From IMG/VR virus record IMGVR_UViG_3300047564_004575, positions 1 to 64,000 of that record: DNA of 64,000 nucleotides; one strand, given 5' to 3'. The stretch's first letter is position 1. The number at the start of each line of letters is the position of its first letter. This DNA comes from a virus. The position numbers were made by a program, and so were the translations under genes. Below, piece after piece: positions 46,583-57,234 of this stretch. The notes under the pieces are model-generated. The model searched no databases and was not told the DNA's origin. It saw nothing but the letters and a program-made list of their open reading frames with translations.

Positions 46583-46951
46583 ATGATCGGACTCCCTAAC
46601 GCTACTATCACAATCCCAGTTGTCCCCACTGAACCGATTGGTTTTGACCCATACACTAGTGAACCTTTATTCGGTACGTTAACAAACAAAACTGTCGCAG
46701 TATCTTTGGAAGAAAAAAACGCCCCTAGGGAATTAAATTTACCTGGGGTCGACACGGCGATCGCCTATCTAGAGGGACGCATTTCCGGCACCGCCCCCAG
46801 TGAGTTAACAGCTAATAATTTTTACGACATCAACATTACGTTACAAAATCAAATATTAGTCGCTAGATTTTATGTAGTAGCAACGCCATCAAGCCGCTTG
46901 GGACTTGATTCTGTATTTGGAAAGGCGATCAGCGGCTGGTTGGTCAAATAG
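46583..46951 (+). CDS. putative head-tail adaptor/closure protein
   Basis: GFDPYT.EP..., LPGVD..., GWLV terminus; size and pattern typical of this class. Confidence 0.5.
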   Translation: MIGLPNATITIPVVPTEPIGFDPYTSEPLFGTLTNKTVAVSLEEKNAPRELNLPGVDTAIAYLEGRISGTAPSELTANNFYDINITLQNQILVARFYVVATPSSRLGLDSVFGKAISGWLVK

Positions 46952-46974
46952 ACACTTGCTAATTTATAACATGT

Positions 46975-47718
46975 ATGCCTATGATAGGTTATCATCTATC
47001 GCCTAGTGTTATGAAAAAAATAGATTTTAGCCCAAGGGATAACCGGATTATCGCCCTAGCCAAAAAAATTACTGAAATCTACAGTGTATCCGAGCTCGAA
47101 AAGTTAGCCCCCATTAGTCCTCAAACGATTATCCGATGGGCAGAGAGTGAACATCGCCCTAGTAAATCAGCGTCAAGTTCTCTCCCTATAATCATCGCCG
47201 TCAGTGACCAAGATTTTAATGATTATCTTGAAGGGAATATATCCCTAGAAGAATTGTGGGACAGGAAAGGAAGTGCTAAACGGATTCAGACTAAAACAGA
47301 AATTACCTTACAGACTGTTTTGAATGATGCCAAGATGTTGAGCACTATGGAGTTATTAAAATTAATCTCCAATTTGTTTTTGATTATTTCCCCTGGGGAA
47401 TTAATTTATCCTACACAACCACCAATAAAATGTGTAGAGTTATCTGCCCAGGCTAAGTTACGGCTCAAAACACTATTAAACGTGTCCAACGCCTATAAAA
47501 ATCAAACCATTCAATCCATAATTGAATCGGGAGCAGACAAAGCCTTAATCGAAGATATGGTCAAGGATTTTGAAAATGACTTCATTGAACCTGTTTATCA
47601 GACCTTATTGCCATTCCTTTGCTACGTAGAAAAATGGGTTGAGAATAATCCAATCCCAAACCCATCTAAGACTTTTACTTCTGTCACCGAATTAACCAAT
47701 ATCTTAAACGCTAGCTAA
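46975..47718 (+). CDS. HTH-containing regulator (possible repressor)
   Basis: SVSELEKLAPISPQTIIRWAESEHRP HTH. Confidence 0.55.
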   Translation: MPMIGYHLSPSVMKKIDFSPRDNRIIALAKKITEIYSVSELEKLAPISPQTIIRWAESEHRPSKSASSSLPIIIAVSDQDFNDYLEGNISLEELWDRKGSAKRIQTKTEITLQTVLNDAKMLSTMELLKLISNLFLIISPGELIYPTQPPIKCVELSAQAKLRLKTLLNVSNAYKNQTIQSIIESGADKALIEDMVKDFENDFIEPVYQTLLPFLCYVEKWVENNPIPNPSKTFTSVTELTNILNAS

Positions 47719-48444
47719 TATTTTTTGTTTAGCTTTTTTGCGTATCTCATACAACTCCTCCCAACTAACTCCTAATTCAATCATAGCCATTAGGTCGTCT
47801 TCGCTTAATGCTTTATATTCAACGTCCGTTAACACTTTGGAACATTTAGCCGATAGGAGTTCTCCCTCGGCTTCATTGTCAAACATATCGAAAACGTCTA
47901 CAGAATCTCCTTCCACACTATGCACAGCAGTTACAAACCTGTAACTATATTTACGAATATTTGACGGGGGTTTAATCGTCTTATCCCCTTGTATCTCTTC
48001 CTGTATCAAAGCTTTAATCCATCGGTAGGCATAGGAACTAAATTTGATTTCTTTGCCATCTACCACGGGTTCATACAGATAAAGCGCATAAATTAAACCG
48101 ATATGACCTGCCTGGACTAAATCGTCTGGGCAGGAATGTTTATTGTACCGATGCTTCCGGTGAGCTTCACTGATAACCATTGCAGTGTTATGGTCAATCA
48201 ACTTACCCATAGCCCGTTCTGCCCTGCGTATTTCCTTAGTAGTGGGGATGGTGTCACGGATAGCCTTAAGGTTTAATTTCTTCCATCCACCACGAAAACC
48301 ATTTAAACCATTTTTTAGCTGAGAAGCCAGTGCCAACTTGAGGGGCATAAAGTCTTGCCAGAGTTGCAACTGTTCCGACTTGGTGAGACTCCGTAGATTG
48401 ATTTTCTTAGCCATAATCCCCGTCGCCCGTAATGTTTTAAACAT
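47704..48444 (-). CDS. sigma70-family factor
   Basis: Region 2: DDLVQAGHIGLIYA...KFSSYAYRWIK; region-4-like LGVSWEELYEIRKKAKQKI. Confidence 0.8.
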   Translation of the reverse strand: MFKTLRATGIMAKKINLRSLTKSEQLQLWQDFMPLKLALASQLKNGLNGFRGGWKKLNLKAIRDTIPTTKEIRRAERAMGKLIDHNTAMVISEAHRKHRYNKHSCPDDLVQAGHIGLIYALYLYEPVVDGKEIKFSSYAYRWIKALIQEEIQGDKTIKPPSNIRKYSYRFVTAVHSVEGDSVDVFDMFDNEAEGELLSAKCSKVLTDVEYKALSEDDLMAMIELGVSWEELYEIRKKAKQKILASV

Positions 48445-48727
48445 AACACAGTTTGATAGATGACCCCTATATTATGCCTGCAATCAGACATTATTTCAAT
48501 CATTTTAATTAATGGTAATCATTTGTTTACAAAAAAAGACCCAGTAGGGTCTTGAGTTGGTTTGTGGATACTTGATTAAGGCTTTGACTTTTCAATTTGA
48601 CGATGAACTGCCGCGATCGCTTTGCGGATTATTTCAGGCTGGGAACCGTCCGATTTTGCTGTAGCTTTGATATTGCAATCACAGTCAAGCCAAAGTTTAA
48701 ATCGCCGCCATTGTTGAGGACTAGTCA

Positions 48728-49096
48728 TTAGCGACTCCCTTCAATGATGTCCCAATCGTCAGCCATTACCCATTCCCCCGTGCTAGTTTGCATCATGCCA
48801 GCGTGAGGATTGCGTGCGGCTTTTAATTTTTCACAGTAAGCGATCATTTTGTCAGATTCTACAGATACTTTTTTCAGTATTGTTTCACCCCATTTGTTTG
48901 TTTCTGATTCAACAATCTCGCCACCGGCATCCAAGGCTATTTGGCAATGTTGATAATCAAAAAAGTTTCCGAGCATTTCAGACACAATGTAAAGATTTTT
49001 GTTAGCTTCGCTCAGTTCGCTGTAATAAAATTTGTTGCCGTCAACAATAACGTCTGCGCCGTAGCCCTTACCTGCAATGAATGTTAACTGAGTCAT
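48728..49096 (-). CDS. hypothetical protein
   Basis: Start MTQLTF after GAGG RBS and the conserved promoter (the track start at 49129 is probably too early). Confidence 0.65.
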   Translation of the reverse strand: MTQLTFIAGKGYGADVIVDGNKFYYSELSEANKNLYIVSEMLGNFFDYQHCQIALDAGGEIVESETNKWGETILKKVSVESDKMIAYCEKLKAARNPHAGMMQTSTGEWVMADDWDIIEGSR

Positions 49097-49109
49097 TTTA
49101 ATTACCTCG

Positions 49110-49160
49110 TTTGTTTGCTTCAATAACATAGTTATAGCACGCTATTGTGTGACAGGTCAA
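49110..49160 (-). promoter_or_regulatory. conserved phage promoter with CAC-N9-GTG core
   Basis: TTGACC-18-TATAAC; GTCACACAATAGCGTG; AAGCAAACAAAC. Confidence 0.7.
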
Positions 49161-49176
49161 GCCCATCCGCAAAATT

Positions 49177-49250
49177 AACCTCAAACCTATACACCGTAAG
49201 GATTCTAAAAAGTGTTGCATATACCTTAGAAACTTCAGGTATATGCAACA
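49177..49250 (+). repeat. dispersed intergenic element, copy 6 (perfect 14-bp inverted repeat)
   Basis: TGTTGCATATACCT-TAGAAACTTC-AGGTATATGCAACA at 49213-49250. Confidence 0.88.
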
Positions 49251-49438
49251 GTCGGTAAAAGCCCACAAAAAAGCCCTCAATAGGAGGGCATGGGATTAGA
49301 ACTTCTTGGGTCTTTTGGGGACTTCCCTGATTCGCTTGTCTCTCTCTAAAGTCTCTTTGCGTTCCTTGTTGGCTGTATTGCGGTGGGCTTGCATAATGCG
49401 TTTATAGTCTGGGTCGTTCGGAGTGATAGGCATAGTGG

Positions 49439-50527
49439 TCAACGAATAATTTGTACAGGCATAGCAAGGAATAAAGCGTTACTGTCAGGACAGGTAATGA
49501 TAACCGGCTGATTAGGTTGATTAATGTTGATTTTGAGTTGAGATGCGCTCAGGGCATTAATGCCAGCGTTAAGGTATTTTAAATTCAGTCCAATCTCAAC
49601 CGGCTCCCCCGTTAGCTCACTAGGTAAACTCTCTACGCCTTGACCAATATCGAGAGTGTCACTGGCAACGGTTAGGCGATTAGCGTTAAAAGATAGCTTG
49701 ACTAGATTGTTTTTTTGGTCACTGAAAGTGGCAACGCGAGATACAGCTTCTTTCAATTTGCCACTGTCCACGATGGCGACACGCTCAAACTGAACCGGAA
49801 TTAATTGATCAACAGCAGGATAAGCTCCGTCTAAAATCCGACCGATAACGGTCAAATCGCCAGACCAAAACTTGACCTGACCATCGCCAATCAGCAGACT
49901 GATATCGCCTAAAAGATGTTTAGAGACGGTTGTGAGGACGTAGGCGGGAATTGTGACGTTTAGTTCATCTACACATCCATCAGACCAGTAACGACTTAAT
50001 ACGTGCCCATTGGTGGCGTTGAAATATAACCGTTCATTTTTGGTCTGTAAGTTAATGCCAGTCAATACTTGTTTGGTATCGTCGTCACTGGCAGAACTAC
50101 TGACGGTATTGATTGCCGTCCGTAGGGTATCCCCTGACAGATTAATTACTTCCCCTGTCACTTCCGGCAAATCAGGATAATCATCAGCGCTCAAGGTATT
50201 AATCTTGTATTGACCCGTTTCGCTTTTAATTAGGAGCATTGACTCTTCTATTTCTAGAGTCAAATCCCCCGTCAACTTAGCGGCGATCGCCGTTAGCAGG
50301 GCATAGGGGATGCAGATAGAGCTATTGTCGTCTACGTTGTCAATATCGATGCGGTGAGTGATTGCCATCGACAGGTTGAATCCCGTCAACACAGCGTCAT
50401 TATCTAGGGTAGTAAGTTTTACAGTGCCAAGAATAGGCTGGGTCGGCTTGCCACTGATAGCGCGCCCAACAATGGAGAGAGCATTACTGATGGTTTTGGC
50501 GTTAACAAAAAATTTCATAGTGTCCAT
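49439..50527 (-). CDS. dnaN: DNA polymerase III beta sliding clamp
   Basis: PILG, LTGFNL, DYPDLP, KQVLTGI, ATNGHVL, GAYP...LIP, LAMPVQI; 362 aa. Confidence 0.95.
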   Translation of the reverse strand: MDTMKFFVNAKTISNALSIVGRAISGKPTQPILGTVKLTTLDNDAVLTGFNLSMAITHRIDIDNVDDNSSICIPYALLTAIAAKLTGDLTLEIEESMLLIKSETGQYKINTLSADDYPDLPEVTGEVINLSGDTLRTAINTVSSSASDDDTKQVLTGINLQTKNERLYFNATNGHVLSRYWSDGCVDELNVTIPAYVLTTVSKHLLGDISLLIGDGQVKFWSGDLTVIGRILDGAYPAVDQLIPVQFERVAIVDSGKLKEAVSRVATFSDQKNNLVKLSFNANRLTVASDTLDIGQGVESLPSELTGEPVEIGLNLKYLNAGINALSASQLKININQPNQPVIITCPDSNALFLAMPVQIIR

Positions 50528-50579
50528 AATGTTTGATTGCGTCTATCATAATAGTCAGCAAACAAATAAATAGGCAATC

Positions 50580-51242
50580 ATGAAAGAGCGACCAATCTTA
50601 TTTAGTAGCGAGATGGTTCGAGCCATCCTTGACGGGCGAAAAACCCAAACGCGACGGGTGGTTAATCCACAACCTGATATGGTAACCCGCAAAGGTGAGC
50701 CAGTTGCATTTAAGTCAATTGAACGGATCAATCCAGAAACAAGGGAGTTTGAAATACTAACCCATGTTCCAGGTGAACCAAACAAAAAGTATTGCCGACA
50801 AATTAAATGCCCTTTTGGTCAAGTCGGCGATCGCCTCTGGGTACGAGAAACGTGGGCAGATACCACATACTTTGACCCTAACGATGGGGGCTTTGTCTAT
50901 AAGGCTACAGACCCAAATTGGGCAGATATGGAGGGATGGAAATGGAAACCATCAATCCATATGCCCCGTGAGGCATCCCGCTTAACCCTAGAGATCACTG
51001 GGGTACGGGTTGAACGGTTAAATAATATTTCTGAGGGAGATGCGATTGCCGAGGGGATTGAATCTATAGGGCGTGGTTGTTGGAAAGATTATCGACACCA
51101 AAACAACGCTCCGTGGTGTACATCCGTTTACTCTTTTAAGTCGCTATGGGACAGCATCAATAGCAAAAAACATCCTTGGGCGAACAATGACTGGGTTTGG
51201 GTAATTGAATTTAAAAAGTCAACAGTTGCGCATAATAGTTAA
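50580..51242 (+). CDS. ASCH/PUA-like conserved phage protein
   Basis: MKERPILFS.EMVRAILDGRKTQTRR...GDRLWVRETW...WKPSIHMPR.ASR...WVWVIEF. Confidence 0.8.
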   Translation: MKERPILFSSEMVRAILDGRKTQTRRVVNPQPDMVTRKGEPVAFKSIERINPETREFEILTHVPGEPNKKYCRQIKCPFGQVGDRLWVRETWADTTYFDPNDGGFVYKATDPNWADMEGWKWKPSIHMPREASRLTLEITGVRVERLNNISEGDAIAEGIESIGRGCWKDYRHQNNAPWCTSVYSFKSLWDSINSKKHPWANNDWVWVIEFKKSTVAHNS

Positions 51243-51359
51243 CCGTGTTAACATTTAAGCAATCCATACGAGTCCCACTCCCCGCTCGTGGCTAAAAAAA
51301 GGGGAGTTTTTTTTGTGCATTTTTGGGGTCTAGCTTATAATGTTAAATAGCCCTTTCAA

Positions 51360-51554
51360 ATGATGGATGATATGAAAACTTGCAAATTAGCACAAAATTG
51401 CCGTTTTTGTGGCAATGACAGAGGTTTAATCGTAGAAAGCAACAATATGCACCCAGCAAGAGTTAACTGTTCCGAATGCGGCAATTTTCACAAGTGGCTA
51501 AACAAAGCCCAAGTAGCCCAGGCGATTGAACTTGGTTTGTTTACAAACAAATGA
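51360..51554 (+). CDS. small Zn-finger protein
   Basis: CRFCG...H.ARVNCSECG.FHKWL. Confidence 0.6.
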   Translation: MMDDMKTCKLAQNCRFCGNDRGLIVESNNMHPARVNCSECGNFHKWLNKAQVAQAIELGLFTNK

Positions 51555-51594
51555 TGCTCGTTATAATATTTGATAGCCAGATAGGAGATTATCG

Positions 51595-54500
51595 ATGGAT
51601 TCACAGTTAACGCAACGGTCAGTAAGTCGCCAAGCTCAGATATTGGGCTACAAGGATGGAGACGTTATCAACGTCAGGGCGATCGCCGGTAAAGGTTTTG
51701 ATGTAAAGGCAGATGGGTTATATCCCTTTGATGGGTATTTGACGGTAGGGACTTGGGAGTTTACCCGACTTAAGCCACAGTCTAAGGGTGGCGGGGTTAG
51801 CTTCGTTTCCAAGAATGGGATTGACTGTCTACTGAGAGAGAACTTGAAGGGTTATGGCATTTACCTAATCCCTAACAAAGGGGGACGTAAGGATGACCAA
51901 ATAACCGAGGTTACATCGCTGTTTTATGAATGTGATGACATTGACAAGCTAGAGCAGTTTGACCGTACAAAGCGGTTGGCGTTGAACCCTTCGATGATTG
52001 TCGAGACTCGAAATAGTTTGCACGTTTATTACACTTTGGCTGATGGCGATCGCCAAGTTGAAGGATGGCGGAAAAATCAACAGCGATTGATTCAGTTGAT
52101 GGAGTCTGACCGCTCAGTCCATAACGAATCACGGCTAATGCGGCTAGCTGGATTCTTTCACCAGAAAAAGGGTGAAATGCCTTTGCTGGTTGACATTGTG
52201 CAGGATAACAGCAATCGTTATACACTGGCTGATTTTGACCGTTTATTGCCTTCGTGGGATGAAAAGCAATGGTCTGACAGTAAAGGTCATGACATTGATT
52301 GGCAAGAACAGGTAGAGGCGTTTAAAGCCAAGAAACGGGTGTTAGTACCTAATGATGAAGCTTTCCCTTTGGAGATTTGTTTACCCCATAAAGACCGTGA
52401 GTTGATCAAGTCTGGGGCGGCAGTAGGAGAGGGAAATACATTGGGATTCAAACTGGCTTGCAATCTGATTGCAACAGAAGACTTTTTGAGAAGTGCAGGA
52501 TATCAATTCATAGGGGATGCGGAAACTTTATTCCGTGAATTTGCTTATAATTCAGAGTCCTACAAAACAGAGCAAGGGATACAAAGACCGTGGAATAGTG
52601 CGCTTAAAAGACGTCCTACTCCTACGTTAACGCCTCAAATGATTGAGAATTGTATAAACGCATGGCGGGTAAAAACAGGTAAGCATGACTGGTTTGAATC
52701 TAGCGTAGATAAGGTTGTCAAATCAGCTAAGGGGGTTAAAGATAATGGTCACGAAGCATTCTTAAACCTAACAACTAAAATCTTTGGTGGTAAAACAGGC
52801 TTAGCCCGTCACGCTAAACGGATAGCCGCTGGTTTAATAAAGTCCACGGTTAATCACTTTTATGAGCCAGGATTTGGGGCAAAGATGTATGAAGAATTAG
52901 CCCGTCAAGGTCACAAATGGATATTAGATATAAGTGGTACGGGATGCGGTAAAACCTTTACAGTGTCATTGCTTAATAAAGCCGCGATGTTCTTACAACC
53001 CGATGAAGGTGATGAAGTATTGACCCGTTTATTCTATATGCCACCGTCCTATCGGAACCCTACTAATGCCAAGATTGAAGAGGAATGGCATGAGACAGCG
53101 GCAAGAAACAATGGATTGTATTTAAACTATTCAAAACAAACTGAGTTAGGTAATCCCTATCGGGAAAGTTTGAAGGATTTGGGTGAAGTTGATGACCACG
53201 AAAGAACCCAGTCGAACTGCCATAAAGCAGAGATATTCCACAAGCATTATGCGGCGGGGCGATCTACTGAGGGACTTTGTAAAACCTGTGATGTACGGGA
53301 AAAATGTGCAGTTAAAAAAGGTGATGGATTTGGGTATATTTCTGAGGTCAAAAAGTGGGTTACTCAAGATAAAATCCGAACTTCTTACCAATGGTTAGAC
53401 AAAGAAAAAGTTTCGATTTGTTCTACCGGCTTACTTTTTGACGAGGCGGGGCAAGTGGGATGGTCACATCAGATTACAGTGGAGCTTGGCTACATTGACA
53501 AGTTAATGAACAAAATACGCCGGGTAGATTCCAAACTACACCGTCGATTAATCGATTTGCAGTATGCGATCGCCGACTTAGTGGACTCTGAAGAATACCC
53601 CCGCCATGGCTATAACAAACATCAAGTCATGAAGGCTCTCAATGTCGATAAATCGTTAGAGTCTGATTTGGAGAAGATTTTAGAGATTGAGTTAGACGGG
53701 CGGGATAATGAGAGTGAAGATGTTGACCCAATCTTTCTCTATGACCTATTGCGGGTAGCTTTAGGGTTAATCCCAGGGTCGTTAAGCTTAAGTAAAAACA
53801 CCTTGACAATTCAGATTAAAAACGACCGTTTAATCCAAGCTTGTCATGCGGCTAAATTTGTTATCTGCCAGGATGCCACATGGTCAGCTTCCATGATGGC
53901 GATGGCTTTAGGGATTAAAGAAAGTGACATTGTTGTCATTGCACAGCGTCAGGAAATCCCTACCAATTTAGTGATTGAACACTGGAAAGGGGCGGGTTTA
54001 TTGGGGAATACTCGCAGTGAATCGATGCAAAAATTAACTCGTGCTATCCGTGAACAGTTGATGATGATGTATCCCGAAATAGGGTTTATCGACTGGAAAC
54101 AACACGGGATGTCTAGTGACCTAATCCACTTTGGGGATAGCCGGGGTAGTAATGCCTACAAAGAAAAAAGCGTCGTTGCCAGTATCGGTCTGTGTCGCCC
54201 TAACATGACAGCAGTTTTGCTTGAGTATGAGGTTATGTCAGGTCGCACCATTGAAAACTTTGAAGACGAGGGATTCAGAGAATACTATGGTCATGCGATC
54301 GCAGCTAACTTGATTCAGGAAATAGGACGGTTACGGGCTAATCGCCGCCCCGGGGAAGAGCTTAAATTTATTCTTATTGGTGATGGCGACATTCAATTTC
54401 TAGAGGATTTGGGTTTTGACCTAGTGGAGTGCGACGCCGCTACCAAATTAGAAGGGGTAGAATTAGGGGCAGTAGGGGCTAAAGCTCGTTATCTAAACTT

Positions 54501-54927
54501 TGGGATGCGTATTTGTCGCCTAATCCCTAAAGGGGAATGGCGAAAAATGTCGCTACGCAAAGCCGCTGAGTTTTTAGACCGTGCAGGGTCATCCGTTAGC
54601 CGTTGGGTGAGGCGCTGGTTTGGTGTTGAGGGGGATGGCAATGGTATTGCCTTCCAACGGTTTAAAGAATTGGTCTACGCCGCCATCTATGGCGGGAAGA
54701 CTGACGGATTTAGTGAGGCGGAAGAAACCAACATCGCCTGCCTAGGGGAAATGCTGAAAAAAGCTAAGTTCTGTGGACAGGAACTTGGGAACGAACTAAA
54801 TCTTTTAATTGAATCATGCACATGGCGTGTCTTTTTGGAATCCGTACGAAGACTAGGTGATGATTACGGCATCAAACTACTTGCCCGTATATTTGACGTG
54901 GCTATTAATGCTCAAGGTCATTTCTAA
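51595..54927 (+). CDS. RepB-type primase / PriCT / P-loop replication initiator
   Basis: LFYECD, PSMIVETRNSLHVYY, SRLMRLAGF primase motifs; SGTGCGKT; QEIGRLRA; C-terminal HTH. Confidence 0.75.
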   Translation: MDSQLTQRSVSRQAQILGYKDGDVINVRAIAGKGFDVKADGLYPFDGYLTVGTWEFTRLKPQSKGGGVSFVSKNGIDCLLRENLKGYGIYLIPNKGGRKDDQITEVTSLFYECDDIDKLEQFDRTKRLALNPSMIVETRNSLHVYYTLADGDRQVEGWRKNQQRLIQLMESDRSVHNESRLMRLAGFFHQKKGEMPLLVDIVQDNSNRYTLADFDRLLPSWDEKQWSDSKGHDIDWQEQVEAFKAKKRVLVPNDEAFPLEICLPHKDRELIKSGAAVGEGNTLGFKLACNLIATEDFLRSAGYQFIGDAETLFREFAYNSESYKTEQGIQRPWNSALKRRPTPTLTPQMIENCINAWRVKTGKHDWFESSVDKVVKSAKGVKDNGHEAFLNLTTKIFGGKTGLARHAKRIAAGLIKSTVNHFYEPGFGAKMYEELARQGHKWILDISGTGCGKTFTVSLLNKAAMFLQPDEGDEVLTRLFYMPPSYRNPTNAKIEEEWHETAARNNGLYLNYSKQTELGNPYRESLKDLGEVDDHERTQSNCHKAEIFHKHYAAGRSTEGLCKTCDVREKCAVKKGDGFGYISEVKKWVTQDKIRTSYQWLDKEKVSICSTGLLFDEAGQVGWSHQITVELGYIDKLMNKIRRVDSKLHRRLIDLQYAIADLVDSEEYPRHGYNKHQVMKALNVDKSLESDLEKILEIELDGRDNESEDVDPIFLYDLLRVALGLIPGSLSLSKNTLTIQIKNDRLIQACHAAKFVICQDATWSASMMAMALGIKESDIVVIAQRQEIPTNLVIEHWKGAGLLGNTRSESMQKLTRAIREQLMMMYPEIGFIDWKQHGMSSDLIHFGDSRGSNAYKEKSVVASIGLCRPNMTAVLLEYEVMSGRTIENFEDEGFREYYGHAIAANLIQEIGRLRANRRPGEELKFILIGDGDIQFLEDLGFDLVECDAATKLEGVELGAVGAKARYLNFGMRICRLIPKGEWRKMSLRKAAEFLDRAGSSVSRWVRRWFGVEGDGNGIAFQRFKELVYAAIYGGKTDGFSEAEETNIACLGEMLKKAKFCGQELGNELNLLIESCTWRVFLESVRRLGDDYGIKLLARIFDVAINAQGHF

Positions 54928-54960
54928 TATAGAAACAGTAAACTATTTGAAAAGCACTTT

Positions 54961-55377
54961 ATGGACTATTTTTTGGGCTTTACCTCGTTTTATGAGATGC
55001 GCGATGATGGTAACTGGTATGGATACGCCTGTAGCAAAAACGCCAAACTAGCAGAGCAAAAGTCTAATACCTTGTTATTGTTGTGCAATAAAATTAAGTA
55101 TAAAATCATTTGTCACCATTGTCAGTCTGATATGGGGGCAAGTTATGTAATTAATCAACGGGGCATAATTACTTTTTCCAACTTAGCCTGTGAGAACTTT
55201 TTAGATGTAATCAACGCCGCAACTATTGATTATGAAACTTCCAGTGCTTTGTTTTTTGACGGGGAGTTTGACGACAAAAAAGCACAGTATCGCATTAATG
55301 TAAAATGGTTTGGAGAGTATGCTTTATGCAAAATTATTGGCGTTTACGTGGAACCGAACTTGCTGGTCATAAGCTAA
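54961..55377 (+). CDS. hypothetical protein
   Basis: 138-aa ORF. Confidence 0.5.
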   Translation: MDYFLGFTSFYEMRDDGNWYGYACSKNAKLAEQKSNTLLLLCNKIKYKIICHHCQSDMGASYVINQRGIITFSNLACENFLDVINAATIDYETSSALFFDGEFDDKKAQYRINVKWFGEYALCKIIGVYVEPNLLVIS

Positions 55378-55795
55378 ACTTTTTGCAAACCTGTTCATAG
55401 ATTAAATCGCCATGTTCAGGGTTTTGCTCAAAACAATAATCTAATATTTTAGAATGCCAACGGATATAAGTCTTCACTTCATCGGTATCCACACTGCCCA
55501 CAATTGATTTAGCTGTAACCGTTGGTTTTGATTGAGAGGCGGGGAATTTTTCGACTTTAACAAATTCCCCATCCTCATTCATAAGAGAAGTGATGTTATA
55601 GAAGTTTCCATTCTTAGTCACCATCACCATTTGCCCCCCGTTCAAGGGTGACAAAAGAGGGTCATTTTCGCTACCATAAACGACAATCTCACTGTTATCT
55701 TCTAACACCAAAGTCATTCTAAGCCCTGGTAGATTGTCTTTTTTGCGGGTATAAACTTGTGCAGGTTCTTTGACGGTAGCGAGTTTTTCTGACAT
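55367..55795 (-). CDS. hypothetical protein
   Basis: 142-aa ORF. Confidence 0.55.
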   Translation of the reverse strand: MSEKLATVKEPAQVYTRKKDNLPGLRMTLVLEDNSEIVVYGSENDPLLSPLNGGQMVMVTKNGNFYNITSLMNEDGEFVKVEKFPASQSKPTVTAKSIVGSVDTDEVKTYIRWHSKILDYCFEQNPEHGDLIYEQVCKKFSL

Positions 55796-55833
55796 GACTA
55801 AATTAAGATAACAATAAAGCTATATTAAAATCT

Positions 55834-57234
55834 ATGTCTGAACTTAAAATATATCAAAATCGTCCTTATCCCACCGAACCGATGCTTAATGTATCGGTAG
55901 AATGGGTGACACAAATTACGGAGAATCGAAGTGGAAAAGAGAATAGAATCCCTAAAATAACCGAGCCACAATATACCATTGAAGGGTCTGATTTTGCTTT
56001 AAGAGATGATGATTATGATGTATTTGTTGACGCATTTATTAACGCTGAGGGTAAAAATAATGCTTTTCCTTTTAAGTGTCCTTTAGACTATTATTGTGCC
56101 AAGGATATAGAAAGCTATGATGATGGCAGTTTTCAGCGAGGTATTCTTTTTCAGATTGATAGCCTAAACTATCAAATTGTTAAACAGTATTCAGTCGGTG
56201 GCGTTAATACCTATAAAACCATTACATTGCCTGTTGATGGCACAATTCATGTTTACCAAGATGACGTTGAAGTATTCCCCACAGTCAATCTTTCTACTGG
56301 TGTAGTCGCCTTTGCGAGTATCCCTACAGGTAGCCTAAAAGTGGAATGTGAGTTTAGATTGCCAATGCGATTTGATGTGGATGATAACCAGTTAAACCAA
56401 ATTAAAAGAGCCGTCAATTCTATTTATTCTGCCAACGATACCAGCATCTATTTAGCCGTTAACTTTCGATTAGTTGAAGATATGAATTACATTCGTATCT
56501 CCCCTATTTTTTCTCCTTTTAATTCAAAAGACTGGAAAGGGAACGTTAATTATATTTTTGATGGTAATCCCTTAAGTGATGTTGCCTATTCGGAGAGATC
56601 ACTAACCCGTATTCAATCGTCAGATAATAAGCGGGAATTGCGAGATGGCTTAGGGGTTATTCGTAGCAAAATGGCGATCGCCAATAATAATATGAACTGG
56701 AATGCTACTCAAAAGTATTTTAATTTATTTATGGCTTGCAAAGGTCGTTTGTTGCCGTTTACGTTTGAAGATAAATTAGTTCGGTTAGATAGTGATATTT
56801 TTAACGTTTCAATGGTTGGTTATAGTAATGTAAAATTACTTCCCTCTACCACACTCACATGGACTCTTACTCTACGATACAAAGACAACGCATCTGACCC
56901 ATTCACAAATTTACTTTTAACCTTTAATGCTTTATCGGTTGAATCTATTTTGTTAGGAGAACTGAATAACTTATCTAACGGTATAGGTACTTCTGGCTTT
57001 CCCTCAATAAATTACGTCGCACAAACCACAGGGGGAGAAACACTTTATGTTCAAGTTTCAATTATAGATGCTAATAATAATATTCGGTATTTAAGTAGTA
57101 GCAATTTGATCGAACCCACCGATATAGAGTCAGGCAGCAATCCTAAAAGTGGATGGGTGACTGTAGGAAATCCATCTGGCGGGGGTGGTGGTAACTTGCG
57201 ACTGTTTGAGTTTGTAAGTCTGGTTCAGAATTAA
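55834..57234 (+). CDS. DUF2460-like distal tail protein
   Basis: SGKENR...AF..A.GK...F.FK.PLDY...YQIVKQY...I..PV.G...EFRLPMRFD.D. Confidence 0.75.
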   Translation: MSELKIYQNRPYPTEPMLNVSVEWVTQITENRSGKENRIPKITEPQYTIEGSDFALRDDDYDVFVDAFINAEGKNNAFPFKCPLDYYCAKDIESYDDGSFQRGILFQIDSLNYQIVKQYSVGGVNTYKTITLPVDGTIHVYQDDVEVFPTVNLSTGVVAFASIPTGSLKVECEFRLPMRFDVDDNQLNQIKRAVNSIYSANDTSIYLAVNFRLVEDMNYIRISPIFSPFNSKDWKGNVNYIFDGNPLSDVAYSERSLTRIQSSDNKRELRDGLGVIRSKMAIANNNMNWNATQKYFNLFMACKGRLLPFTFEDKLVRLDSDIFNVSMVGYSNVKLLPSTTLTWTLTLRYKDNASDPFTNLLLTFNALSVESILLGELNNLSNGIGTSGFPSINYVAQTTGGETLYVQVSIIDANNNIRYLSSSNLIEPTDIESGSNPKSGWVTVGNPSGGGGGNLRLFEFVSLVQN

